Shown here piece after piece: positions 1 to 11,764 of a stretch of DNA of 64,000 nucleotides (position 1 is its first letter; every line of letters begins with the position of its first letter). The notes beneath the pieces were generated by a model. It had not been told where the DNA came from, did not search any database, and saw only the letters and a program-made list of their open reading frames with translations. Source of the DNA: Squalus acanthias (lineage: Eukaryota); NCBI GenBank assembly GCA_030390025.1, contig CM059438.1, positions 60,638,001 to 60,702,000 of the forward strand. The letters are read 5' to 3'. A program made the position numbers and the translations under genes.

Positions 1-2376
1 ATTAGTATGCAACATAAATTAGTCTCCAACATGAATTATTATCCAACATAAAGTAGGCTCCAACATAAAGTAGTCTCCAACATAAAGTAGAATCCAACAT
101 AATTTAGTATCCAACATAATTTAGTATCCAACATAAAGTAGTATCCAACATAAAGTAGTATCCAACATAACTTAGTATCCAACATAAAGTAGTATCCAAC
201 ATAAAGTAGTATCCAACATAAAGTAGTGTCCAACATAAAGTAGTATCCAACATAAATTAGTATCCAATATAAAGTAGTATCCAACATAAAGTAGTATCCA
301 ACATAACTTAGTATCCAACATAAAGTAGTATCCAACATAAAGTAGTATCCAACATAAAGTAGTGTCCAACATAAAGTAGTATCCAACATAACTTAGTATC
401 CAACATAAAGTAGTATCCAACATAAAGTAGTATCCAACATAAAGTAGTGTCCAACATAAAGTAGTATCCAACATAAATTAGTATCCAACATAAAGTAGTA
501 TCCAACATAAAGTAGTGTCCAACATAAAGTAGTATCCAACATAAATTAGTATCCAACATAAAGTAGTATCCAACATAAAGTAGTGTCCAACATAAAGTAG
601 TATCCAACATAAATTAGTATCCAACATGAAGTAGTATCCAACATAAAGTAGTATCCAAATAAAGTAGTATCCAACATAAAGTAGTATCCAACATAAATTA
701 GTATCCAATATAAAGTAGTATCCAACATGAAGTAGTATCCAACATAACTTAGTATCCAACATAAAGTAGTATCCAACATAAAGTAGTATCCAACATAAAT
801 TAGTCTCCAACATGAATTATTATCCAACATAAAGTAGTATCCAACATGAATTAGTATCCAACATAAAGTAGTATCCAACATAAAGTAGTATCCAACATAA
901 AGTAGCGTCCAACATAAAGTAGTATCCAACATAAAGTAGCGTCCAACATAAAGTAGTATCCAACATAAAGTAGTGTCCAACATGAATTATTATCCAACAT
1001 AAAGTAGTCTCCAACATAAAGTAGTATCCAACATAAAGTAGTATCCAACATAAATTAGTCTCCAACATGAATTATTATCCAACATAAAGTAGGCTCCAAC
1101 ATAAAGTAGTCTCCAACATAAAGTAGTATCCAACATAATTTAGTATCCAACATAAAGTAGTATCCAACATAATTTAGTATCCAACATAATTTAGTATCCA
1201 ACATGAATTATTATCCAACATAATGTAGGCTCCAACATAAAGTAGTCCCCAACATAAAGTAGAATCCAACATAATTTAGTATCCAACATAAAGTAGTATC
1301 CAACAGAAAGTAGTATCCAATATGAAGTAGTATCCAACATAAAGTAGTATCCAACATAAAGTAGTATCCAAAAGAAAGTAGTATCCAACATAAAGTAGCA
1401 TCCAACATAAATTAGTATCCAACATAAAGTAGTATCCAACATAAAGTAGTATCCAACATAAAGTAGTATCCAACATAAAGTAGTATCCAACTTAAAGTAG
1501 TATCCAACATAAAGTAGCGTCCAACATAAAGTAGTATCCAACATAAAGTAGTATCCAATATAAAGTAGTATCCAACATAAATTAGTCTCCAACATGAATT
1601 ATTATCCAACATAATGTAGTATCCAACATGAAGTAGTATCCAACATGAATTATTATCCAACATAAAGTAGTATCCAACATAATTTAGTATCCAACATAAA
1701 GTAGTATCCAACATAATTTAGTATCCAACATAATTTAGTATCCAACATGAATTATTATCCAACATAAAGTAGGCTCCAACATAAAGTAGTATCCAACATA
1801 AATTTGTATCCAACATAAATTAGTATGCAACATAAATTAGTCTCCAACATGAATTATTATCCAACATAAAGTAGGCTCCAACATAAAGTAGTCTCCAACA
1901 TAAAGTAGAATCCAACATAATTTAGTATCCAACATAATTTAGTATCCAACATAAAGTAGTATCCAACATAAAGTAGTATCCAACATAACTTAGTATCCAA
2001 CATAAAGTAGTATCCAACATAAAGTAGTATCCAACATAAAGTAGTGTCCAACATAAAGTAGTATCCAACATAAATTAGTATCCAATATAAAGTAGTATCC
2101 AACATGAAGTAGTATCCAACATAACTTAGTATCCAACATAAAGTAGTATCCAACATAAAGTAGTATCCAACATGAAGTAGTATCCAACATGAAGTAGTAT
2201 CCAACATAACTTAGTATCCAACATAAAGTAGTATCCAACATAAAGTAGCATCCAACATAAAGTAGTATCCAACATAAAGTAGTATCCAACATAAAGTAGT
2301 ATCCAACATAAATTAGTGACCAACATAAAGTAGTAGCCATCATAAAGTAACTTCCAACATAAAGTAGTTTTGAACA
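1..2376. repeat. 17-bp AT-rich tandem satellite/minisatellite (unit TCCAACATAAAGTAGTA), ~140 units, runs off the left edge
   Basis: The unit is directly visible with point variants. The variant block at position 1 recurs at 1819, indicating higher-order structure. Confidence 0.97.
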
Positions 2377-2454
2377 TGTCAGTAGATATGCAGCACTTTA
2401 TAATCTGATATAAGGAGTGACTTTCTCTACAGCTAATCCATAATCAACGCTGAA

Positions 2455-2600
2455 AATCCAGTGCTGTTCTTAGAGAGTATTGCATTGTCAGAGTTGCAGT
2501 CTTTTGGAGCAGACGTTAAACCGAAGCCCCGTTTCTCCTCTCAGGCCTGTTTTAGAAGATTCCTGCAACAATTTGTCGGAGAGGAGCTAGCTATCCTGGC
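2455..2600 (+). mobile_element. Highly diverged DeuSINE (Deu-domain) fragment
   Basis: GTCTTTTGGAGCAGACGTTAAACCGAAGCCCCGTTTCTCCTCTCAGG resembles the Deu-domain core seen in the younger copies in this window (GTCTTTCGGATGAGACGTTAAACCGAGGCCCCGTCTGCCCTCTCAGG). Confidence 0.55.
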
Positions 2601-2787
2601 CGTCCTCCCGCTCAGATTGGGCGTGAGACTCAAGCTTTTTAAATTGGTTACTCTTGCATCCGTCTCTGCCTGGAAAATTGGAATAACGATAAATGATGCA
2701 TGACCTGGAGATTGAAGCTGTGTCACTCTCACACACACTGAACACCGAGTCACTCTCACACACACAGACATCTCTTGATAGCTGTGT

Positions 2788-3057
2788 CAGGTTGCAACTC
2801 TGGTTGTATATATTCCTGGAGGTTTCCTCACAAGACCTCCTACCTCCAACTGGCCCGCCCAGTCAAAAATCCTTTTTCCCCCATCTCCACTCGTTTTATC
2901 ATTAACAACAAAAGTGCTGTAAGAAAATGAATTCGATAAACTATTTTCTTTTAATGCTGCGATAATTTTTCTCCTGGGTTTTGCTCGCAGCTGTGTCCAC
3001 GAGATTAATCTTTAATTCCCGATTCTTCAGGACAACCCTGGAATGTTAGCAACCCTG
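2788..3057. mobile_element. Possible old hAT-type non-autonomous DNA transposon
   Basis: Degenerate inverted ends CAGGTTGCAAC ... GTTAGCAACCCTG, resembling CAGGGTTGCCAAC-type TIRs. No TSD is discernible. Confidence 0.35.
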
Positions 3058-3690
3058 TGTGTCGCTCCCTCGCGTCTAACTGTGTCACCCACACATGTGT
3101 CTGCGTCAACCAGTCACATGTAGCCGTATCACCCACATGTGTTTAGCCGTGTCGCCCACACGTGTGTAGCCATGTCTCCCACGCGCATGTAGCCGTGTCA
3201 CTCACATGCATGTAGCTGTATCACCCACATGCCTTTGGCCGTATTATCCAAGCAAGTAGCTGTGTCACCCACACGCATGTAGCCATATTACCCACGCGTG
3301 TAGCTGCATCACACACACACATGTACCTGTGTCACTCACACACATGTAGTTGTATCACTCACACACATGTAGTCGTGTCACCCACACATGTGTAGCTGTA
3401 TTACCCACGCGTGTAGCTGTATCCCACACACATGTACCTGTGTCACTCACACACATGTAGCTGTATTACTCACACACATGTAGATGTGTCACCCACACGC
3501 GTGTAGCTGTATCACCCACACGCCTTTGGCCATATTACCCAAGCATGTAGCTGTGTCACCCGCACGCGTGTCGCCATATTACCCACGCATGTACCTGTGT
3601 CACTCACACGCATGTAGCTATATCATCTACATGTGTACCTGTGTGACGTACACACATAGCTGTCTCACTCATACACAGACAGCTGTGTGG
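3058..3690. repeat. Degenerate ~21-25-bp tandem repeat (TGTAGCTGTGTCACCCACACGCA-like)
   Basis: Recurring TGTAGC(C/T)GT(G/A)TCAC(C/T)CAC motif. Confidence 0.85.
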
Positions 3691-4559
3691 TTCACACAGG
3701 ACTATTTGGTTCATCGATGGACTGATCAGCTCAGGACCCTCCCAGACAGGCCTTTGACTCTCACGCTCCATTTGCTGGCAGTGCTGAGTTTTGTTCTGTT
3801 TTGAATCGTCACTTTACGAGGAGGTCCCCTCCATCCACCACCTTCTGCCTCGGTGAAGGGGGGAAACACTCGCTATCGGCAAAACCTCCTCCTGGAAGCA
3901 CCTGTTTGCGCCTCTGGCAGCTTTTATTCAGGGCCACCCGATGAAGCGTTTCCCTGGCAACCATTTACCTGCTGCAGGTGTGAAAGGTCACTTGCCTCCT
4001 GGGCTGTGCTTCCACCTCTCCTCAGTCTCAGGCAGGGCTGATGGGCACCGTGAGGAAGCGCTGATGCCGGAGGCCTGGGCTGGGGGCTATTGAGGAGACC
4101 CAGGCAGGCAGCTAACAATGAATCAGGCTAAAAGAGGGCTGTTACCTGAGGAGATAGCTTCCTCAAGTTGAAACCAGGAGAACCTGTTTCACCAGCTTCT
4201 CACAGAGCACATAACACGAACACCTCACTGTGTCGCAGAGGCAGCACTTCCTGGAGAGAATGGGAGAAAGAGAGAGGGAGAGGGACTACTACGGATAATT
4301 GGGAGAACCAGCTATCTGTGCCAGATAAAAAGAGAGGTGCCGCAACTGGTGAAGTACTAACAGCAGAGCTGTGCATAGGACTTCGGAATAACTTCACTGG
4401 AAGCCTGCAGTTGACGAGAGAGACCTAGTGGGACAGGGTTGAGGGGACAGTGTCGGCTTACTTTCGGCTTTCTGGATCCCAGGCTGAAACACTGGGACTC
4501 CTCCACGTGCGATTCAGGGCAGAGAGGCTTCAACAAGCGCAGCAGACGAGATGAACACC

Positions 4560-5290
4560 TGAGCTCTGCTCCGTCGTGAGAAACTGGCTCGTGGTTACTG
4601 GCGAGAGGCACACGGGCGGGGCCTTGGGCCGACTGGACAGTCACGCGCCGGTCACCGGGAGAAGCCAGGGTAAGTCAGTGCCTTGGCACGCGGACGGCAG
4701 GGAAACCTCCTGCGGGAGCGCGAGAGGAAAGGAAGGGGGCTTCAGATGGTGCGAGGCCCACGCCGGCGCGGGGTTTAGAGGTCGCCATGATTCCGGAGGG
4801 GAACGGCTCCGAGTGCGAGTGCGCCGTCTGCTGGAACCCCTACGACAACGCGTTCCGCACGCCCAAGATCCTGGAGTGCAAGCACACCTTCTGCCTGGAG
4901 TGCCTGGCACGGATGAGCCTGGCGTCCGTGCCGGAGATGGACCCGGGCATGTCCTGCCCCCTGTGCCGCCACCTGACCCCCCTGGGCGCCGGGCAGCTGG
5001 TGACGGGCCTGCGCACCAACGCGGAGATCCTCGGCCGCATGAAGCTGCAGCCGGTCCACGTTTACCTGGACCACGGGCGCCTGTTCTACAAGGGGCCGGG
5101 CAAAGCCAGCTTCCTGCTGCGACGGCCCACTGTCTACACCCTCAGCCTGGACATGGAGCGAGAGGGCGGCCTCCCTCTGCGCACTCAAGCGGCGCCAACA
5201 CTGGAGGACCGGCTGCCTCAGAACACCATGTGGAAATGCTGCCAGAGCCCGCCCTGCAGAACCGTCACCTACATCACGATCGCCATCTTT
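4560..5290. promoter_or_regulatory. CpG-rich, GC-rich island over the RNF183 5' region and CDS
   Basis: Visibly high CG dinucleotide density relative to the flanks; not computed. Confidence 0.6.
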
Positions 5291-5356
5291 GGAATTACAA
5301 TCATTCTCATCATCTCACTCTTCTGGACTAAGAAAATACTGTGGGATTTGGGCTGA
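4787..5356 (+). CDS. RNF183: RING finger protein 183 (RING-HC E3 ubiquitin ligase with C-terminal transmembrane helix), single coding exon, 189 aa
   Basis: Kozak-like GCCATG. C3HC4 RING (CAVC...CKHTFCLEC...CPLC). Motifs match human RNF183 as recalled (CWNP..N.F.TPK.L.C.H.FC.ECLA, FLLRRPTVYTL, FWTKKILW). TM segment VTYITIAIFGITIILIISLFW. Convergent with PRPF4 as in human 9q32. Confidence 0.92.
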   Translation: MIPEGNGSECECAVCWNPYDNAFRTPKILECKHTFCLECLARMSLASVPEMDPGMSCPLCRHLTPLGAGQLVTGLRTNAEILGRMKLQPVHVYLDHGRLFYKGPGKASFLLRRPTVYTLSLDMEREGGLPLRTQAAPTLEDRLPQNTMWKCCQSPPCRTVTYITIAIFGITIILIISLFWTKKILWDLG

Positions 5357-5825
5357 AAGAAAGACTTGCATTTCATTAGCGCCTTTCACATCCTCAGGAT
5401 GTCCCAAAGCGCTTTACAGTCAATTAAGTACTTTAAAAAATTTTTTTAGCACTGTTGTAATGTGGGAAACGCAGCAGCCAATTTGAGCACAGCAAGCTCC
5501 CACAAACAGCAATGAGATAATGACCAGAGAATCTGTTTTAGTGATGTTGGTTGAGGGATAAATAATAGCCAGGACATCGGAGAGAACTCCCCTGCTCTTT
5601 TTTGAATAGTGCCATGGGATCTTTTACGTCCACCTGAGAGGGCAGACGGGGCCTCAGTTTAACGTCTCATCCGAAAGACAGCACCTCCGACAGTGCAGCA
5701 CTCCCTCAGCACTGCACTGCGAGTGTTAACCTAGATTTTTGTGCTCAAGTCTCTGGAGTGGGACTATGAACCCACAACCTCCTGGCTCAGCGATGAGTGA
5801 GCTACCCACTGAGCCACGGCTGACC
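5357..5825 (-). mobile_element. Full-length tRNA-derived DeuSINE (SacSINE1-like)
   Basis: On the minus strand: tRNA-like head with A/B boxes, Deu-domain core, and 3' tail ...GAAAGGCGCTAATGAAATGCAAGTCTTTCTT. Begins directly after the RNF183 stop codon. Confidence 0.85.
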
Positions 5826-6128
5826 CCTGAGGAATGGGAGCAGCACCGAAGGAGGATCACAGTAAGACTGCTCGTGGTCTTGTGGTCTTGTTGCGTTTGA
5901 CGTAGTCTGACTGAGGCATCACACGGCCGCAAAAGCATTAGCAAATGACATTTTACTTGTGTACTCATGGAGTGAAAATCCCTCAGTGCCACTTCGAACT
6001 GTGAGCTCACCGCCCAAAATGGACACCTGTGGCCAGGTGCCCATCTGGATCAGAGCCAAGAGTTGGCATCTCATCAATATTACAGACAGCCACGGGAGTG
6101 AGGAACAAGTTATCTGCTGCAGTGTTTG

Positions 6129-7445
6129 CCTCCCAGCCAGGTGAGTGTCTGGTACACTGACTCCCGGCCAGGTGAGTGTCTGGTACACTGACTCCCGGCC
6201 AGGTGAGTGTCTGGTACACTGACTCCCGGCCAGGTGAGTGTCTGGTACACTGACTCCCAGCCAGGTGAGTGTCTGGTACACTGACTCCCAGCCAGGTGAG
6301 TGTCTGGTACACTGACTCCCGGCCAGGTGAGTGTCTGGTACACTGACTCCCAGCCAGGTGCGTGTCTGGTACACTGACTCCCAGCCAGGTGCGTGTCTGG
6401 TACACTGACTCCCGGCCAGGTGAGTGTCTGGTACACTGACTCCCAGCCAGGTGAGTGTCTGGTACACTGACTCCCAGCCAGGTGCGTGTCTGGTACACTG
6501 ACTCCCAGCCAGGTGAGTGTCTGGTACACTGACTCCCAGCCAGGTGAGTGTCTGGTACACTGACTCCCAGCCAGGTGAGTGTCTGGTACACTGACTCCCG
6601 GCCAGGTGAGTGTCTGGTACACTGACTCCCAGCCAGGTGCGTGTCTGGTACACTGACTCCCAGCCAGGTGCGTGTCTGGTACACTGACTCCCGGCCAGGT
6701 GAGTGTCTGGTACACTGACTCCCAGCCAGGTGAGTGTCTGGTACACTGACTCCCGGCCAGGTGAGTGTCTGGTACACTGACTCCCAGCCAGGTGAGTGTC
6801 TGGTACACTGACTCCCAGCCAGGTGAGTGTCTGGTACACTGACTCCCAGCCAGGTGAGTGTCTGGTACACTGACTCCCAGCCAGGTGAGTGTCTGGTACA
6901 CTGACTCCCAGCCAGGTGCGTGTCTGGTACACTGACTCCCAGCCAGGTGTATGTCTGGTACACTGACTCCCAGCCAGGTGAGTGTCTGGTACACTGACTC
7001 CCGGCCAGGTGAGTGTCTGGTACACTGACTCCCAGCCAGGTGAGTGTCTGGTACACTGACTCCCAGCCAGGTGAGTGTCTGGTACACTGACTCCCAGCCA
7101 GGTGCGTGTCTGGTACACTGACTCCCAGTCAGGTGTGTGTCTGGTACACTGACTCCCAGCCAGGTGAATGTCTGGTACACTGACTCCCAGCCAGGTGAGT
7201 GTCTGGTACACTGACTCCCAGCCAGGTGAGTGTCTGGTACACTGACTCCCAGCCAGGTGAGTGTCTGGTACACTGACTCCCAGCCAGGTGAGTGTCTGGT
7301 ACACTGACTCCCAGCCAGGTGAGTGTCTGGTACACTGACTCCCAGCCAGGTGAGTGTCTGGTACACTGACTCCCAGCCAGATGAGTGTCTGGTTCACTGA
7401 CTCCCGGCCAGGTGAGTGTCTGGTTCACCTACTCCCGGCCAGGTG
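6129..7445. repeat. 31-bp tandem minisatellite (CTCCCAGCCAGGTGAGTGTCTGGTACACTGA), ~42 units
   Basis: Directly visible, highly homogeneous units. Confidence 0.97.
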
Positions 7446-7749
7446 GACAAAGCTTTCAATCCTTGCTGATGTTGAGATGACGTTTCTGTTGGTCAAGGTG
7501 TAGGATGAGTACACTGCGCACCCTCTCACACAGTGCAACAGGTGACTGGCCAGATCCTACTACAAAGTGGTGAGTGAAGATGAATAAGTTGCCATTTAAG
7601 AGATCGAAGACCCTTACACTGTTCGCAGTGTGTGAGACAGAAAATCAGGCACTAAACAGAGCCCCCAAATAATCTCTGCTGAAAGACACAGTCTCTCACC
7701 GCCGAGCTCCCAGGACCATGCCACATTCACAAAGAAATCTTCCATTCAG

Positions 7750-8045
7750 ACTTTGGTTGCTGGGGAGCTACCGCCATCAGCCTTTGTTTGCCAGGGAGAT
7801 ACCGCCATTAACCAATGGTTGCAGGGGAGATACTACCTTCAGTTGCCGGGGAGATACCGCCATCAGTTTTTGGTTGCCGGGGAGAGACCGCCATCCATCT
7901 TTGGTTTCCGTGGAGATATCACCATTAACCAATGGTTGCCGGAGAGATACCGCCATCAGTTGCCGGGGAGATACCGCCATCAATTTTTGGTTGGCGGGGA
8001 GAGACCGCCAGCCATCTTTGGTTTCCGGGGAGATATCGCCATCAG
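7750..8045. repeat. Compound short tandem repeat built on GGGGAGATACCGCCATC
   Basis: Motif recurs about ten times, with an apparent ~120-bp super-period. Confidence 0.8.
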
Positions 8046-8181
8046 GCTTTGTCACAAGGTCACAATGCCAAACCTGAAAAGACAGGAACTCTGGCTTTAT
8101 ACACTTTGAATTCACTTCCTTTTCATCAGAGTCCAGGATTGTCCTTAATCCACAGAAAACTTCAACTCCATCTTCCACATC

Positions 8182-8400
8182 AAAGAAAGACTTGCATTTA
8201 TAAAGCGCTTTCACCGGCCTCAGGACATCCCAAAGCGTTTCCAGCCAATGAAGTCATTTTAAAGTGTAGTCACTGTTGTAATGTGGGAAACGCGGCAGCC
8301 AATTTGCACACAGCAAGATCCCACAAACAGCAATGTGATAATGACCAGATAATCGGTTTTGGTGATGTTGGTTGAGGGATAAATATTGTCTGGGACACCG
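8182..8400 (-). mobile_element. DeuSINE 3' half
   Basis: Same sequence as the tail portion of 5357-5825. Confidence 0.8.
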
Positions 8401-8758
8401 GGTGACATTAGGTGACAAAAGCCCCTCCACAGTTAACAGCTGGTCTCCCTGAGTGAGTTGTCCTAATTGCCATTTGTGTAGATAAAAATCCAAAATTGAA
8501 CTAACGCCAGGGCTGCGATGGGGGAGGAGGAGGTCGGTAGGTTTGTGTGTTGCAAATACAGGCAAATCGGAATCAAGAGCAGCCACATATTGAATGAAAG
8601 AATTCAGGGAGCCTCAGGAATGAGGGTTACCTGTTCTAGTACTGTACGCCGTGCCTGCTTGGGGCTTATTCTAACATTTACAGGAGGTTTACAGGTGAAA
8701 CAAATTCTAATTTCATGAGTATTTTAGGAGCAGAAGTCTGATGAAGTTTTTCACTAAA

Positions 8759-8762
<4 letters not shown>

Positions 8763-8797
<35 letters not shown>
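8763..8797. repeat. (TA)n microsatellite
   Basis: Directly visible. Confidence 0.95.
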
Positions 8798-8802
<5 letters not shown>

Positions 8803-8805
<3 letters not shown>

Positions 8806-9666
8806 AAGTTGTGTAGATGGGAATAGGAAGTTGCAAAGGGACATTAATAGATTAATTGAGTGGGGAAAACTGTGGCAGATGGAGTTCAATGTAGGGAATT
8901 GTGAGGTCATCCACTTTGTATCCTAGAAAGACAAATTAGAATATTTTGTAAATAGAGTCTAGGAGCTGTGTAGGAGCAGAGAAATTTGGGAGTCCAAGTA
9001 CACAAATCATTGAAAGCCAGTAGACAGGTACAAAAAGCCAATGGAATGTTGGCCTTTATCTCAAGGGGGCTGGATTACAAAAGTGAGGAGGTGATGCTTC
9101 AGTTGTATAGAGCCTTGGTCACACCCCATCTGGAGTAATGCGTTCAGTTTTGGGAACCGAACCTCAGGAAAGATATATTGGCCTTGGAAGTGGGTGTAGC
9201 ACAGATTCACCAGAATGAAACCTGGCTTAAAGGACTAAATTATGAGGACAGGTTGCATAAACTTGACTTGTATTCCCTTGGCTTTAGAAGGTTGAGGGGT
9301 GATCTAATCGAGGTGTTTAAAATGACAAAAACGATTTGATAGGGGGGGATAGAGAGAAACTATTTCCTCTGGTGGGAGAGTCCAGAACAAAGGGGGCATA
9401 GCCTTAAAATTAGAGCTAGGCCATTTAGAAATGAAATCAGGAAGCACTTTTTCACACAAAGGGTAGTGGCAATCAGGAACTCTCCCAAATGGTGGGACAA
9501 TTGAAACTTACATGACTGAGATCGATAGATTTTTGTTAGGCAAGGCTATCAAAGGATATGCAGCAACAATGGGTTAATGGCATTGAAATATAGATCAGCC
9601 ATCATCTAATAGAATGGCGAAACAAATTCGAGGGGCTGAATGGCCTACTCCTGTTCCTATGTTCCT
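8803..9666 (+). mobile_element. CR1 LINE, 5'-truncated and degenerate
   Basis: ORF2 motif LQRDINRLIEWGKLWQMEFNVGNCEVIHF; CR1 3' tail GAATGGCCTACTCCTGTTCCTATGTTCC. Confidence 0.9.
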
Positions 9667-10359
9667 TTCTCATTCGGAGCTCACACCAGGACGGTGTACC
9701 ACTTCCATGGGTGTTTAGATGTAAGTGTTAAACAAAACATGTCCTAATATGCACAACCTGCAAAGGTCCCCATGAGGTCCAAACAAGCCTTTGTCTCAAC
9801 AAGGTACCATGGTTACCCACATCTTTTCTGGGCTGTCTCCTAAGGGAGGATCCAATTGGTGTCTGAATCATCCAATGGGCTCGGCTCCGATTGTTTTACT
9901 TACAGCAAAGGCACCGATGATCTTTCCGATTGGAGCTCGCCTGTCTCCTAACTGGTTGAACTCCGGAGGAACAGCAGTCGGGTCCCATCATTTATTTTGG
10001 TGACACAAGATTCGGGTCCGACAAGCAGGAATCCGGCAGTGGCCCCGGATTACCTCACAAACCCAATCTGCAACGCACGCAGTTGCCAGTCTCCATTCCA
10101 CAGATTCACTCCTCATAAACACAGTCAGAGACAGCGGGATAAGTTCTGAGTGAGGTTTATGAGATTGAGCGCAAGCCTGCTGAAGTAGATGGGGTGATAG
10201 CTACTCCAAGTGAGATACATTAAAATAAATTACTCTTGTAAACTGAAATGCGTAAGATTTGAGAGGTCTGTAGACACACAACTGGTATTTACAGAGTGCA
10301 GGGGGGTGGCACATAGAAGGGGTGAGGAGAAGTCCAATGTTAGAGGACTTCATGAAGGA

Positions 10360-10590
10360 CACGGAACATACCCGGGCACACAGGGGACATACCCGGGCAC
10401 ACAGGGGACATACCCGGACACACAGGGGACATACCCGGGCACACAGGGGACATACCCGGGCACACAGGGGACATACCCGGGCACACAGGGAACATACCCG
10501 GACACAGGGAACATACCCGAACACACAGGGAACAGACCCAGGCACACAGGGAACAGTCCCAAGCATACACAGAACAGACCCGGGCACATG
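10360..10590. repeat. 21-bp tandem repeat (ACATACCCGGGCACACAGGGG)
   Basis: Directly visible, about ten units that degrade to the right. Confidence 0.9.
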
Positions 10591-10989
10591 TTGAGAGTGT
10601 ATTAGGGATTAACACTATGCAGACAGTTCCTGCCTGTACACTGCTGTTTGATCAGGGCCTCTCTTTTCTCTAATGATTTCTCACACTGCACACATGTGCT
10701 GGTATACGCACGGTTAATATTATCCCTTTATTTTGAATCTCTGTAAAACTCTTAATGAAATGTTAATTAAAAATACTGAAAACAGACTCATTGTGGTGTT
10801 GGTAGATGAAGGAATAAAATGTGCAGAATCATATGGATCAAAAGGTATTGATCATCAGCTGAGGACCCTCAAGTCCATTGACTGAAATAACATTTTACCC
10901 TGGGGCCAATGTTTCGCACTGTGTCCAGCCTAATACGGTGGTTCTGATGTCATATAAAATGGGCAGTTTGAAACAGATCGCCAGGTATC

Positions 10990-11727
10990 ATGGAGAGGCA
11001 GTATAATCTAAATGGCTCTATTTTGAGGGGGCTGCAAGAGCAGAGGGACCTGGGGATGCATATTCACAAATCTTTGAAAGTGGCAGGGCAAGTTGATCAG
11101 GCGGTTAAAAAAGCATATGGGTTTCTTGGCTTTGTAAATAGGGGTATTGAATACAAAAACAAGGAAGTTATGCTAAACCTTTACAAATCTCTGGTAAGGT
11201 CTCAGCGGGCGTACGGTGTACAATTCTGGACACCACACTTTAGGAAGGATGTCAAGGCCATGGAGAGGGTACAGAGGAGGTTTACCAGGGTGATCCCAGG
11301 GATGAGGAACTTCAGTTATGTGGAGAGATTGGAGAATCTGGGATTGTTCTCCTTGGAGCAGAGAAGGTTAAGGGGAGATTTCAATAGAGGTATTCAAAAT
11401 TATGAGGGGTTTTGATAGGGCAAGTAGGGAGAAACTGTTCACTCTGGCAAGTGGGTCGGTAACCAGAGGTCAAAGATTTAAAATAATTAGCAAAAGAACT
11501 AGAGGGGAAACAAGGAGAAATTTCGTCACACAGAGTTGTTAAGATCTGGAACGCACTACCTGAAAGGGTGGTGGAAGCAGATTCCAAAGGCAATTAGATA
11601 TGCCCTTGAGGACCAATTTGCAGGGTTATGGGGAAAAAGTTAGGGTGTGGGGCTAAATTGGACAGCTCTTCAAAGAGTCGGCACGATGGGCCGAATGGCC
11701 TCCTTCTGTGCCATAAGATTCTATCTG
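10990..11727 (+). mobile_element. CR1 LINE 3' fragment
   Basis: EQRDLGMHIHKSLK...VQFWTPHFRKDV...ERVQRRFTR...LGLFSLEQRRLRGD; CR1-type tail GGGCCGAATGGCCTCCTTCTGTGC. Confidence 0.9.
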
Positions 11728-11764
11728 ACAACCATTGAGTGTTCAAGGTTAGCCAGTCAAGTTT

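Noticed and set aside
1..2377. Many hydrophobic minus-strand ORFs (MLDTTLCWILLYVGYYF repeats); also considered as a CRISPR-like array
   Set aside because: These are translations of a 17-bp tandem repeat. The units are contiguous with no unique spacers, and there are no cas genes.
4670..4778. Possible small 5'-UTR intron of RNF183 (GG|GTAAGT ... GGGGTTTAG|)
   Set aside because: The donor is good but the acceptor has no pyrimidine tract; cannot be supported without cDNA.
4576..5331. 251-aa ORF overlapping RNF183 in another frame
   Set aside because: Non-ATG start, Arg/Gly/Pro-rich shadow ORF of a GC-rich CDS.
5919..7428. Long ORFs of 349-492 aa on the minus strand
   Set aside because: The 31-bp unit has no stop in any minus-strand frame, so all three frames are open. 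This is a repeat artefact with no domain or gene context.
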